From the UHGV virus genome UHGV-1366603: a DNA stretch of 64,000 bases. One strand, 5' to 3'. Origin of the DNA: a virus. This document shows, piece after piece, positions 19,613 to 27,964 of this stretch. Numbering within the stretch: position 1 is the stretch's first letter; each line of letters opens with the position of its first letter. Made by a program: the position numbers and the translations under genes. The notes beneath the pieces were generated by a model. It saw only the letters and a program-made list of their open reading frames with translations. It was not told the origin of the DNA and searched no databases.

Positions 19613-20413
19613 ATGAGCAATTTACTTACTTTCCGCATGTCTGGTCAAACGTTAATGCAGATTGACGAGTACGAAAAAGAACATTTCGCTAAACCGTCCA
19701 AACTGTTAGAACGTTGCTTAAAGGTTATTCCAGGCGGCGAGCATTGTCAGCTAGATTTCGTCATGGCGTCTTCTGCTGACAAAACGGTCTCTGTTATCTA
19801 CACGGTTGACGGAGTACAGGGCCATCGCTTATTACCGATTGAAGAAAAAGGTTCTTTGGGTAATTTGTTGTTCTTGCACGCAATCACGACAGCGGTAGTG
19901 ACGGGTGCACTGGAAGCACAGTACGGTTTCGCGTATTGCTATTTCTACGCACAGAAACTGGCGAATGCGGTAGTTCCAGGGGAGCCGGAAACGTATCCGA
20001 AGTATATCGAACGTTTGCTTCCGACACACTTTGCTGAGTCTGACGACTATGAGTTCAATGCTTTCCGTTTCACGATGATTGGCGAAGCACGCGATCCTGA
20101 AAACACCATCGCGTTACGTGCTGTTGTTCGTTACGCGGTAATTTCGTCTGACAGCGGAATGGCAAGCAACTTCAACGAAGTGTTCCCGGTTATGCAACTA
20201 GGTCCGTATATCACGTTTAACGCGTACGTACCGTTTACTTGTCAGTTAATCGGCCCGCAGGATAACGATTCTATCCTCCCGATTACTGAAGAGAAAGGTC
20301 TGCATATTCGTGACGCCGTAGAAGTCATCAACGATAAACGTTTTACGATCTCATCGAAAAGCGGCATTGCTGATGAAGAACTTGCGGTCGTGAACAAAAT
20401 GCAAGTGATGTAA
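19613..20413 (+). CDS. hypothetical protein (266 aa)
   Basis: Start set at ATG after AAAGGA RBS (track uses TTG at 19607). Confidence 0.75.
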   Translation: MSNLLTFRMSGQTLMQIDEYEKEHFAKPSKLLERCLKVIPGGEHCQLDFVMASSADKTVSVIYTVDGVQGHRLLPIEEKGSLGNLLFLHAITTAVVTGALEAQYGFAYCYFYAQKLANAVVPGEPETYPKYIERLLPTHFAESDDYEFNAFRFTMIGEARDPENTIALRAVVRYAVISSDSGMASNFNEVFPVMQLGPYITFNAYVPFTCQLIGPQDNDSILPITEEKGLHIRDAVEVINDKRFTISSKSGIADEELAVVNKMQVM

Positions 20414-20417
20414 AATT

Positions 20418-20457
20418 ATCCCGTTACCTTTGTGGGTAACGGGATGTCCTTTTATTT
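20418..20457 (+). terminator. intrinsic terminator
   Basis: TCCCGTTACC-TTTGTG-GGTAACGGGA hairpin then T-rich tail. Confidence 0.8.
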
Positions 20458-20577
20458 ACTCGTAAACGCGTCTTAGACGTTGTTTTACACCTTAAGACGA
20501 TTAATGGTGTTTAAAAAATAAAAGGTCGTCAGAATGCGATACAGCGCGTTTTAGAGGGTGTTTTAATTAAAATATTT

Positions 20578-20610
20578 TCAGATATATATTACTTAGGTGA
20601 GAGAATTACG
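20578..20610 (+). promoter_or_regulatory. promoter-like motif (TCAGATATATATTACTTAGGTGAGAGAATTACG)
   Basis: Variant of the 12323/47177 motif, contains TATATTAC and GTGAGA; 39 nt upstream of ATG 20650. Confidence 0.5.
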
Positions 20611-20649
20611 TAATACTCATTTATCGAATACCTAATTAGGAGCTATATC

Positions 20650-20793
20650 ATGATTTCTGTAAAACACAAAAAAGCTATCTTCGCTGTTGTTATCGCTGTT
20701 GTTCTGGGTTGCCTGTACCTGGATATCGACAAAGGCTACGACACTTGCATCGACAACGGTAACTCCGTTGCGCAGTGCACTGGTCGTGGTTAA
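20650..20793 (+). CDS. small single-pass membrane protein (47 aa), highly codon-optimised; missing from ORF track (<60 aa)
   Basis: TAGGAG RBS; MISVKHKKAIFAVVIAVVLGCLYLD… hydrophobic helix; own promoter-like motif and terminator. Confidence 0.7.
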   Translation: MISVKHKKAIFAVVIAVVLGCLYLDIDKGYDTCIDNGNSVAQCTGRG

Positions 20794-20798
20794 TGTAT

Positions 20799-20828
20799 AA
20801 GGCACCTTCGGGTGCCCTTAATTTTTTA
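20799..20828 (+). terminator. intrinsic terminator (UUCG tetraloop)
   Basis: GGCACC-TTCG-GGTGCC followed by T-run. Confidence 0.8.
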
Positions 20829-20847
20829 TCTATTGGAGTATTTTTAA

Positions 20848-21663
20848 ATGAAAACTATCAAAGACTATTTTCCGACCGGCATCAGTAGCGACCATTTCGT
20901 ACCAGCGGATTCGATGGAAATCATCAGTAAGTCCAGTAGCGGTGAGTTTGTTATTTACCTAACTAATGTAGGAGGTAGACCGAGTTTCATTCTCCTCGAG
21001 CCTAAAGAAGTAAGTGTCTGTACGGTTGCTGTAAATGTTTCTTGCAGCCTTAGCTGGTTGAAGTCCAGATTGCTACGCTTGCTCGTGGTTAATACTGACC
21101 CAGTAGTACGCTTAGAGCGATTAAAAGCAATGAATGAAGTTATCCTGGGTTTTCTGCTACATCCTATTTACGGTAACCCTAAAGTCGCAGAAGCAATACA
21201 AAACGTACAGTTGGTGGAGTGGAGTGATATTGACTACGAGCGTGCCTCCGAATTTGTATTACAGGCAGACGACAACACCGGTGTGTTCTCACGAACGTTA
21301 GATAATGTAACGGTAACTGCACGTGTGTTGTTTGGTTTACAGCGCGTAGAGTTTGAATTGAAACACGTCTACGTGAGCAATAAACCGGAGATGGTGGAAA
21401 CGTTGATTCGTGCGTTCGCATACCCGTTAGATGGTGAATGGGAACAGCAGATTAATGATGCGTTAGGAGCCATGCATTTCCTGGCTGAAACGTTAAGGAA
21501 GGATGAGAAATTGAAAGGTCGTGTTTATCCAGAACACGATTTTGTTTGTGAAGAATGTGGAGCACAGTATCAAATCCGTGTTCCTTTAACCGGCCTAACA
21601 TTCCCGCAAGCCAACGTGCAATGTAAGGAATGTGGCCATGTTCAATACGTAGCGATTAAATAA
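20848..21663 (+). CDS. hypothetical protein (271 aa) with C-terminal CxxC…CxxC zinc-ribbon
   Basis: ORF with GGAG RBS; C-terminus CEECGAQYQ…CKECGH. Confidence 0.8.
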   Translation: MKTIKDYFPTGISSDHFVPADSMEIISKSSSGEFVIYLTNVGGRPSFILLEPKEVSVCTVAVNVSCSLSWLKSRLLRLLVVNTDPVVRLERLKAMNEVILGFLLHPIYGNPKVAEAIQNVQLVEWSDIDYERASEFVLQADDNTGVFSRTLDNVTVTARVLFGLQRVEFELKHVYVSNKPEMVETLIRAFAYPLDGEWEQQINDALGAMHFLAETLRKDEKLKGRVYPEHDFVCEECGAQYQIRVPLTGLTFPQANVQCKECGHVQYVAIK

Positions 21664-21668
21664 AAGCA

Positions 21669-21713
21669 ACCCCTAATCCCGAAAAGGATTAGGGGTACAC
21701 TTTATTTATTTTC
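21669..21713 (+). terminator. intrinsic terminator
   Basis: CCCCTAATCC-CGAAAA-GGATTAGGGG then T-rich tail. Confidence 0.8.
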
Positions 21714-21737
21714 GCTCTTAAAAAAGGAAATTGTGTC

Positions 21738-21893
21738 ATGAAGAATGTTAATGCAATGCTTAACCAGTCATTTGTTAACCAACAGCGTTTTCAGGAACGC
21801 TTAGCACAACTTAAAACACAACACAGACCGCCACAACAAAGAGTGGTTAAGAGCAAGTTTGGCGAAATGGTTTTCGAAAGAAAATCTTTCTAA
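21738..21893 (+). CDS. small basic protein (51 aa), bracketed by two terminators; missing from ORF track
   Basis: ATG with AAGGAAA RBS; MKNVNAMLNQSFVNQQRFQERLAQLKTQHRPPQQRVVKSKFGEMVFERKSF. Confidence 0.45.
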   Translation: MKNVNAMLNQSFVNQQRFQERLAQLKTQHRPPQQRVVKSKFGEMVFERKSF

Positions 21894-21903
21894 TAACCGT
21901 TAA

Positions 21904-21930
21904 GGGGGTGTGACAGCACCCCCTTTTTTA
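21904..21930 (+). terminator. intrinsic terminator
   Basis: GGGGGTG-TGACAG-CACCCCC then TTTTTT. Confidence 0.8.
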
Positions 21931-22052
21931 CGCTTTAACTTTTCCAAAGAGAAGTTAAAGCAAGGTACGCTGCCACAACAGCGTACCTTTTACAACACCA
22001 TTACGTTTCCGTAATGGATTTCTTTAATCACCCTACAAAGAGGGCTTATACC

Positions 22053-22226
22053 ATGAACAATGGTTACTACTTTACTGACAAAATGCTTGCAGAACAGTAT
22101 GCAGCAAAAACCAATTTACAGCAACGTATCTACGAGTATAGTCAACTCGGCGTGAATAAACGATTAAAACCATCCACCAACCGTTTCACACAGATAATCA
22201 CTGAAAAAAGGAGCGAACGCTACTAA
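22053..22226 (+). CDS. small hypothetical protein (57 aa; track gives 22014 start)
   Basis: ORF ending before GGGGGTG…CACCCCC hairpin; start uncertain. Confidence 0.4.
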   Translation: MNNGYYFTDKMLAEQYAAKTNLQQRIYEYSQLGVNKRLKPSTNRFTQIITEKRSERY

Positions 22227-22234
22227 CTAATACA

Positions 22235-22254
22235 GGGGGTGCACTACCACCCCC
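22235..22254 (+). other. hairpin GGGGGTG-CACTAC-CACCCCC without T-run (same stem as terminator 21904)
   Basis: Read directly. Confidence 0.5.
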
Positions 22255-22361
22255 TACTTGGTTCAGTAGTTGACTTTCGTTCATAATTATTAGATGTCTT
22301 GTTTTTTTTTTGCTTTTCGGGACGCATAAGGGGTCGTAGGGGGAGCCGAAGCTCCCCAGAC

Positions 22362-23924
22362 TCAAAAGAGTTCGTCTCCCATACCGCCTGTAAAGACGTT
22401 AATCGACGATGCAGTTACTGTTTCTTCTTTATCGCAATCCCAAGGCAGAATGCCAACTTCACGGAAAGGTATTACTGTATAATGGTAAGCTTCTTTAGTA
22501 TCGATAATTGTACGGTGTTTACCACGTTGTACTTCTAAGTAACTATGTCCATTGACAACACGTTTGTTAAAATACATCTCACCGTCAGCTTCGTTATCCA
22601 AGCTGGAGCAGTTATCGTAAAGACCGCGACCTGGTAAGTTCTTGCAGAAACTTGCTGGGTCTAACGCTTTTAATTTTTTGCCTTCTGGTGAGATTTGGTG
22701 TGGTGCTAACAAGAAACCACGGTTACGTACTACCTGGATGTTTCGAGCGATACGATAAATTTCTTTAATGTCGCTACCGGCAATCCCGTTACCGTGACCT
22801 GCTTTACTGATAGTCCCGAAATAGTCTCCGCGAATCCCAGCTACATGATAACCTCGACGCTTTAAGTCCAGTATTAAGTCGTTTAAGTAGTGTATTTTAA
22901 AATCTGAGTTTGTGTGTTTCTGAAAGATGTATTCCCAACCGTTAGCCCGCATTTTACTACAGAGGTAGTCCGACATTTTTGTGTTGTGCAAAGCTTTCTC
23001 TTCGTCGGTAGCGTTTTCAGAAGCAACCATAACCGGTGCTTCACCTTCAAAATGACCGTAGAGCGCTTGGTACGCATACGCCAAGTTAACGTCCAGTTCG
23101 TTCTCTAAACTTAAATCGAGAATAACCGGCTGCAAATCCCCTTTAACGTTTTCCATTACTTTTTCAGGTGTATTGAATACCGGAATACTGATAGACAATA
23201 ACAGACTAAAAAGTGATTTACAGTTAAAAGGCAGTGCAGGCATTAGCCAAAGTTCTTCGGTAATCCCTTTGTTACAACCCAGCATCTGGTTAATGGCTTT
23301 CCATCCGGTACGTAAACCGTTACCCGCCGCTTTCTTACTGATGGAGTCGAACACGTGTACGAACGGTGCACGGTTATCCGTAATAAGTTCGCCTACAAGT
23401 GAGGGAATCTTATTATGAGAGCGTTCACTGAACGTAGAGAGACTATCTCTGAGGTCGTTGAGCGCCGTTTGTAAATCAACGCGCGTTTCGGTTCCGTTCA
23501 GTGCGCCTAACGTACGACCTAATTTTTGTTTCAGTTGTACGCCTTGAATAGCTTGACGTAATTGGAAGTAGTATTGTGCTACTTGACGGTTAAGATGCTC
23601 GATGCGTGCTTCTGGTTCTTCTGGAATATCATCTTCCAGGAATTTGGTAATCGTATCGTATAGAGGACGTATTTGCGTAGTGGCCAATTTCAAACGTTTC
23701 ATGACGTTTGTGTGGTCGTAAGGCATACCGCCGTCTATGATGGATGTGATGATATCCTTGATTTCGACGAGGGCGGCACGTTCGTCACCTTCCTCTACGT
23801 AATCAGGAAGCTTAGCCTCTAACAGCACTTTTCTTATGACCTCATGATCCTTCTCAGGGTCGGTCAACAGACTTTCAGTGTATAGTGTGGCTAATGCGGT
23901 TATCAACATCATTTTGTTATTCAT
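22362..23924 (-). CDS. hypothetical protein (520 aa)
   Basis: Long minus-strand ORF; AAGGA RBS overlapping start of divergent gene 23938. Confidence 0.8.
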   Translation of the reverse strand: MNNKMMLITALATLYTESLLTDPEKDHEVIRKVLLEAKLPDYVEEGDERAALVEIKDIITSIIDGGMPYDHTNVMKRLKLATTQIRPLYDTITKFLEDDIPEEPEARIEHLNRQVAQYYFQLRQAIQGVQLKQKLGRTLGALNGTETRVDLQTALNDLRDSLSTFSERSHNKIPSLVGELITDNRAPFVHVFDSISKKAAGNGLRTGWKAINQMLGCNKGITEELWLMPALPFNCKSLFSLLLSISIPVFNTPEKVMENVKGDLQPVILDLSLENELDVNLAYAYQALYGHFEGEAPVMVASENATDEEKALHNTKMSDYLCSKMRANGWEYIFQKHTNSDFKIHYLNDLILDLKRRGYHVAGIRGDYFGTISKAGHGNGIAGSDIKEIYRIARNIQVVRNRGFLLAPHQISPEGKKLKALDPASFCKNLPGRGLYDNCSSLDNEADGEMYFNKRVVNGHSYLEVQRGKHRTIIDTKEAYHYTVIPFREVGILPWDCDKEETVTASSINVFTGGMGDELF

Positions 23925-23937
23925 GGAGCATCCTTAA

Positions 23938-24462
23938 ATGCAAATTCGTTTTAGTCCACCGTGGGAAGTTCAGCCTAACATAGATAAAGGCGCTGCCGTT
24001 AAAAGTGTAGAATTGCTCCAGGCAGGGTTCTTTAACTGGTTATATGACTGTCCGAATGGTTTCAGTTCTATCATTATACCTGAAGTAAGTCGTTCTGCTA
24101 TTTATAAAGCGTTGATGGCTCCGCCTGTGCTTCCAGGTAAATATTATGATCAGGTGTTACGTCTGGTCGAATCAGGCGAAAAGGTTTCCCTTGACGATTT
24201 ATATGGGGAAACAATTCCTTGTCGCTTACGCTGGGTCTTTACCCAACGTGGTGATACGATTGTGGCGTCATTTGCAGAAGCGAAGTCCGGTTCGGGTTTT
24301 TCTTCGGGTGAAGACCACGCTGCGAAAAAGATGTTCTGCGCAGAACTTTTTAAATATATGCGTACCAAGACTCGCGTCGTGGATGACTGCTTCAGTACCT
24401 CAACGCAGTTTGCCGCTAACGAAGTGCTGACGCAATTATACGCATGTCATTTATCTCATTAA
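23938..24462 (+). CDS. hypothetical protein (174 aa)
   Basis: ORF with GGAG RBS, 13 bp from divergent gene start. Confidence 0.75.
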   Translation: MQIRFSPPWEVQPNIDKGAAVKSVELLQAGFFNWLYDCPNGFSSIIIPEVSRSAIYKALMAPPVLPGKYYDQVLRLVESGEKVSLDDLYGETIPCRLRWVFTQRGDTIVASFAEAKSGSGFSSGEDHAAKKMFCAELFKYMRTKTRVVDDCFSTSTQFAANEVLTQLYACHLSH

Positions 24463-24474
24463 GGTATTAAACAA

Positions 24475-26760
24475 ATGAAAGATACCCGAATCTCTAATTT
24501 AGAGAAACTCGTAGAAGCCGGTACTAGTCTGGCCCAAAACGTCATCGGCAACAACACCGCCAGCGAAATGTGGAATACGATTGTTGCAGGCGAGTCCGTA
24601 CGCAGCAACGCAAAAGTGTTTGGCGCTCTGCGTGACGAAGCATCACAGCACTATGCCAACGCTTTTGGTGGCAAGAAAATGTCTCATGCTGCGACTGTCG
24701 CCTCCGCAATGATTCTGGGCGCAGCTAACCACGGTAAAGACCTGCAAGAACGTGTTGCCCAGGAATACGCTAAGCCGGAATTCCACACCAAGTATAACCT
24801 GGATATTGGTATCCCTGGTGCGCAAGGTGGTGACTGGGGTCGTGAGCGCATGGTTGTTGCTCAGGAATACTACAGCAACAAAGACTACGACAAAAACCTG
24901 GGCCTGACCTGGACCCTGAACGTACGTGCTCTGGAAACTCAGTCCAAGTTTGCTGAAACACTGTTCCCGACCATTACCGTCGACACCAACGATGTTGGTA
25001 TTACCGTACGTACTAAAGTGACTACCGTTTCTCGCGGTATCATGAACGCGCTGCTGAGCAAAGACGTCGTTGAAGATCATCGTCGTCCGCTGCACAACGC
25101 ACTGACTGACCACACCGTTCTCCAGGACGAAGCGATCAACATCGTTCCTTACGTAATGGAAACCGGTGAAAACCAGGAATACTTCGTAAGCGAAGAACTG
25201 GTTCCGAACGAAACCGTTCGCCTGGGTCGTGTACCTCCGTATCCGACTAACTACCTGAGCTTTGCAAACGACACGCTGAACCTGTTCCAGCTGTCTGCGC
25301 ATCCGGGTATCGTTCAGGAAGGTTACGAAGAAACTGATGAAATCGCACCGGGTTGTGCTCTGGGCAGCCTGCTGATTTCTGTACGTAAACCGGCCGAAGA
25401 AGCGAAAGCGGGTAAATTCATCAAACTGCACGTTCGTGACATGCAGTTCGCAACCTTCCAGCGTCCTGCTGAAGGTGACGGCCGTGAACTGGTTCTGCAA
25501 TTCCGTCGTACCGCGTTCTCTCTGAATGCGAAAACCACTGACTGGAAAGGCGACGCTATTCCGGCTCTGCAAGCACTGGGCCAGAACTCCTACACCCTGC
25601 GCTACGTTATCACCATCACCATGTCCCTGTTCACCAGCGGCCAGTTCGGTGGTAAAGTAGACATTTCCGGCCACAAACTGGAAATCGAAGGTCTGTACGA
25701 TGCAACTGGTAACAAAGTTGATACCAAGTCTGGTACCGGTAAAGTTATCCTGGATGGCCTGAAACTTGAACTGATGGGCTGGCGCTTCGATGGTACTCGT
25801 ACCAACGAAAACCGTCGTACCCAGGGTCTTCTGCTTGACCCAATTTGGGAACAGGAAAACTACAAACTGCAATACGGTTCTCCGATTCTGACCAAGTCTC
25901 CGGTTGGTGTTGAATACGACGACACTGAACGTCTGGACGACCTGATCTCTGCGGTGAACATCCGTAACGAACAGCTGGCTATTACTCAGACGCTGTCTTA
26001 CACCGAAGCAGTACGTAACGCAGCCGCTGCGATGATCACTCCGTGGGACAAACCGGCTATCCGTGGTCTGGGCCGTCACTGGGTTGCTCCGTGGTTCAAA
26101 GAGTCTGACTACAAAGTCGATGAAGTTGTTCAGTCTCTGGATACCAAAGAAGCGCTGATCAACGCTCGTCAGGGTCTGTTGCAGCGTATCGGTAGCCAGG
26201 TAACTCAGGCTATCCAGGATTCTCGTTTCATTCCTGCACTGCGCCTGCTGACCGCTGATCCGGACATTCTGCCGAAAGTTATTATCGCAACTGACGAACC
26301 GACTGCATCTATGCTGCTGCTGGTTCAGGGCGACCAACGTCTGCTGGGCGACCGTTATGAATACGAAGTCGTTACCACCAACGATGACCGCTGGCGCATC
26401 TACAACGCAGCTGACGATTCCTGGACTCGTCGTCTGCAATGGTTCCTGAAAGTTCCGACTGCGGACGATGGTTCCTACTGCGTACTGAACTGGGGTAACC
26501 ACTTCTGGTCTCCGATCATGGTTACCAACATCAACATCCAGCGTAACGGTTCTACTTCTAAAGAACTGGCTGTACAGCCGCGTAACGCGCATATCTGCCA
26601 CTGCCCGATCACTGGTCTGATTTGGGTTAAAGGCATCACCAAACTGGTTGAAGAAAAACTGGCTTACAACGTTTCTGTAGAACAGAACGGCCAGAAACAA
26701 ACCGACGGTGGTGTAGCAGGTAATGTTGCTGGCGACGGTAAAGACAAAGCTGGTAAATAA
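24475..26760 (+). CDS. major virion structural protein (761 aa); candidate major capsid protein (alternatively tail sheath)
   Basis: Extreme host-optimised codon usage, strong terminator after it, 685-aa antisense shadow ORF; size matches phiKZ-type major capsid proteins (from memory). Confidence 0.85.
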   Translation: MKDTRISNLEKLVEAGTSLAQNVIGNNTASEMWNTIVAGESVRSNAKVFGALRDEASQHYANAFGGKKMSHAATVASAMILGAANHGKDLQERVAQEYAKPEFHTKYNLDIGIPGAQGGDWGRERMVVAQEYYSNKDYDKNLGLTWTLNVRALETQSKFAETLFPTITVDTNDVGITVRTKVTTVSRGIMNALLSKDVVEDHRRPLHNALTDHTVLQDEAINIVPYVMETGENQEYFVSEELVPNETVRLGRVPPYPTNYLSFANDTLNLFQLSAHPGIVQEGYEETDEIAPGCALGSLLISVRKPAEEAKAGKFIKLHVRDMQFATFQRPAEGDGRELVLQFRRTAFSLNAKTTDWKGDAIPALQALGQNSYTLRYVITITMSLFTSGQFGGKVDISGHKLEIEGLYDATGNKVDTKSGTGKVILDGLKLELMGWRFDGTRTNENRRTQGLLLDPIWEQENYKLQYGSPILTKSPVGVEYDDTERLDDLISAVNIRNEQLAITQTLSYTEAVRNAAAAMITPWDKPAIRGLGRHWVAPWFKESDYKVDEVVQSLDTKEALINARQGLLQRIGSQVTQAIQDSRFIPALRLLTADPDILPKVIIATDEPTASMLLLVQGDQRLLGDRYEYEVVTTNDDRWRIYNAADDSWTRRLQWFLKVPTADDGSYCVLNWGNHFWSPIMVTNINIQRNGSTSKELAVQPRNAHICHCPITGLIWVKGITKLVEEKLAYNVSVEQNGQKQTDGGVAGNVAGDGKDKAGK

Positions 26761-26775
26761 TACCGAATAAAAAGT

Positions 26776-26816
26776 GTCTAAGCCCTTCGGGGCTTAGACC
26801 TTTTATTTTTTTTTTC
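26776..26816 (+). terminator. intrinsic terminator (UUCG tetraloop)
   Basis: GTCTAAGCCC-TTCG-GGGCTTAGAC followed by long T-run. Confidence 0.9.
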
Positions 26817-26831
26817 TTTCTATTATTTTTT

Positions 26832-26856
26832 GGATAGATATTATCAAAGGGAGACT
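26832..26856 (+). promoter_or_regulatory. promoter-like motif (GGATAGATATTATCAAAGGGAGACT)
   Basis: Resembles AGATAGATATTAC core of other copies; after terminator. Confidence 0.4.
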
Positions 26857-26943
26857 GTCAGTTGGTTTAAAGGAGACTTTATGGAAAAATTACAGTTAAA
26901 ACTAAAGATATGTACCATTATTAAAACTTAATCTGGCCCCTAC

Positions 26944-27954
26944 ATGAACCGTCTTGATATTGATGTGGTGCCCAGTATTACTGACCGCTCGTTGTATCAA
27001 AAGTCAGGACTGCAAAAACTCATCACTTTTGAGAATAATACTGGTGTGCCAATTTACGTCACTGAAACCAGTGGCGGTAGCTTTATTTTAACTCCGTCCA
27101 AAAGCCCGGCTGATGAGCATGGGGTTGTTGTTTATGTAACGTATCAATCGTTCGGAAATCTGGTTAACCTGAACGGGTTTGCAGAAGTCTTACCAGAAAA
27201 ACAATTCACTAAATTCTGTGCAGATTTAAAGGAGAAAGGAGAGGTCACACTCCGATACGTGGTTGACGATATCGGTGCTTTATTACGTGGGGACTTGGTT
27301 GTATTGAAGCAGCTAGGATTCGCTTTTTCAATTACACCAGTTCGATTAGAAAGTACGCCACCGAGCGTAAGACCAGGAGGCGAGAGAACTGAATTTACAT
27401 TAGGTGTTATTGTTGTGCAGCGTTACGACGATCCCGAACTATATCGTTGGATTAGATTCTACGGAACGCGCATGGAAGTACAGCCGATACTATCGCGGTA
27501 TTACGAACCGGGTGTGTATATGGTAATCGGAGGAGGAGACAAAGTAGAAGGGAGTAGGATGATTCACTTCGAGTTCGATGACTTACTGTCACCGTTCCGT
27601 GTTTTTAAAGATAAAGAAACAGCCACTGCGTTTCGATGGCAAGAAACGTTACCGGATATTCACGAGATAAAGGAAAAGCTGGAAAGTCAATACAGAGAAA
27701 AATTAGAAAGTTTGGATTCGGCAAAAGACAAACTGGAAATAGAACACAAAAAACAACTACAGAATTTGGCTTTGGAAAAGGAGCGTTTGACTCTAGCGTA
27801 TAAACAACAAGAACTAGAAGCAAAGTCTCGGGCAGAGGCACGAAAAGAATTCTACGAGACTCGTTCTTACATTCGTAAAGATGGGTCAGACCTATTTAAA
27901 TCAGTCCCTGCGTATCTGGCGGCGGGTGTCGCATTTATAGGGATGCTAAAGTAA
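26944..27954 (+). CDS. hypothetical protein (336 aa) with C-terminal coiled-coil and hydrophobic tail
   Basis: ORF; repetitive KEKLESQYREKLESLDSAKDKLEIEHKKQLQNLALEKERL and C-terminal AYLAAGVAFIGML. Confidence 0.75.
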   Translation: MNRLDIDVVPSITDRSLYQKSGLQKLITFENNTGVPIYVTETSGGSFILTPSKSPADEHGVVVYVTYQSFGNLVNLNGFAEVLPEKQFTKFCADLKEKGEVTLRYVVDDIGALLRGDLVVLKQLGFAFSITPVRLESTPPSVRPGGERTEFTLGVIVVQRYDDPELYRWIRFYGTRMEVQPILSRYYEPGVYMVIGGGDKVEGSRMIHFEFDDLLSPFRVFKDKETATAFRWQETLPDIHEIKEKLESQYREKLESLDSAKDKLEIEHKKQLQNLALEKERLTLAYKQQELEAKSRAEARKEFYETRSYIRKDGSDLFKSVPAYLAAGVAFIGMLK

Positions 27955-27964
27955 GGAGCGTGGC

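Noticed and set aside
24643-26700. 685-aa minus-strand ORF
   Set aside because: Entirely antisense to the highly codon-biased 761-aa gene; translation is low-complexity (V/F/Q/R/T-rich) with no RBS, a typical shadow ORF.
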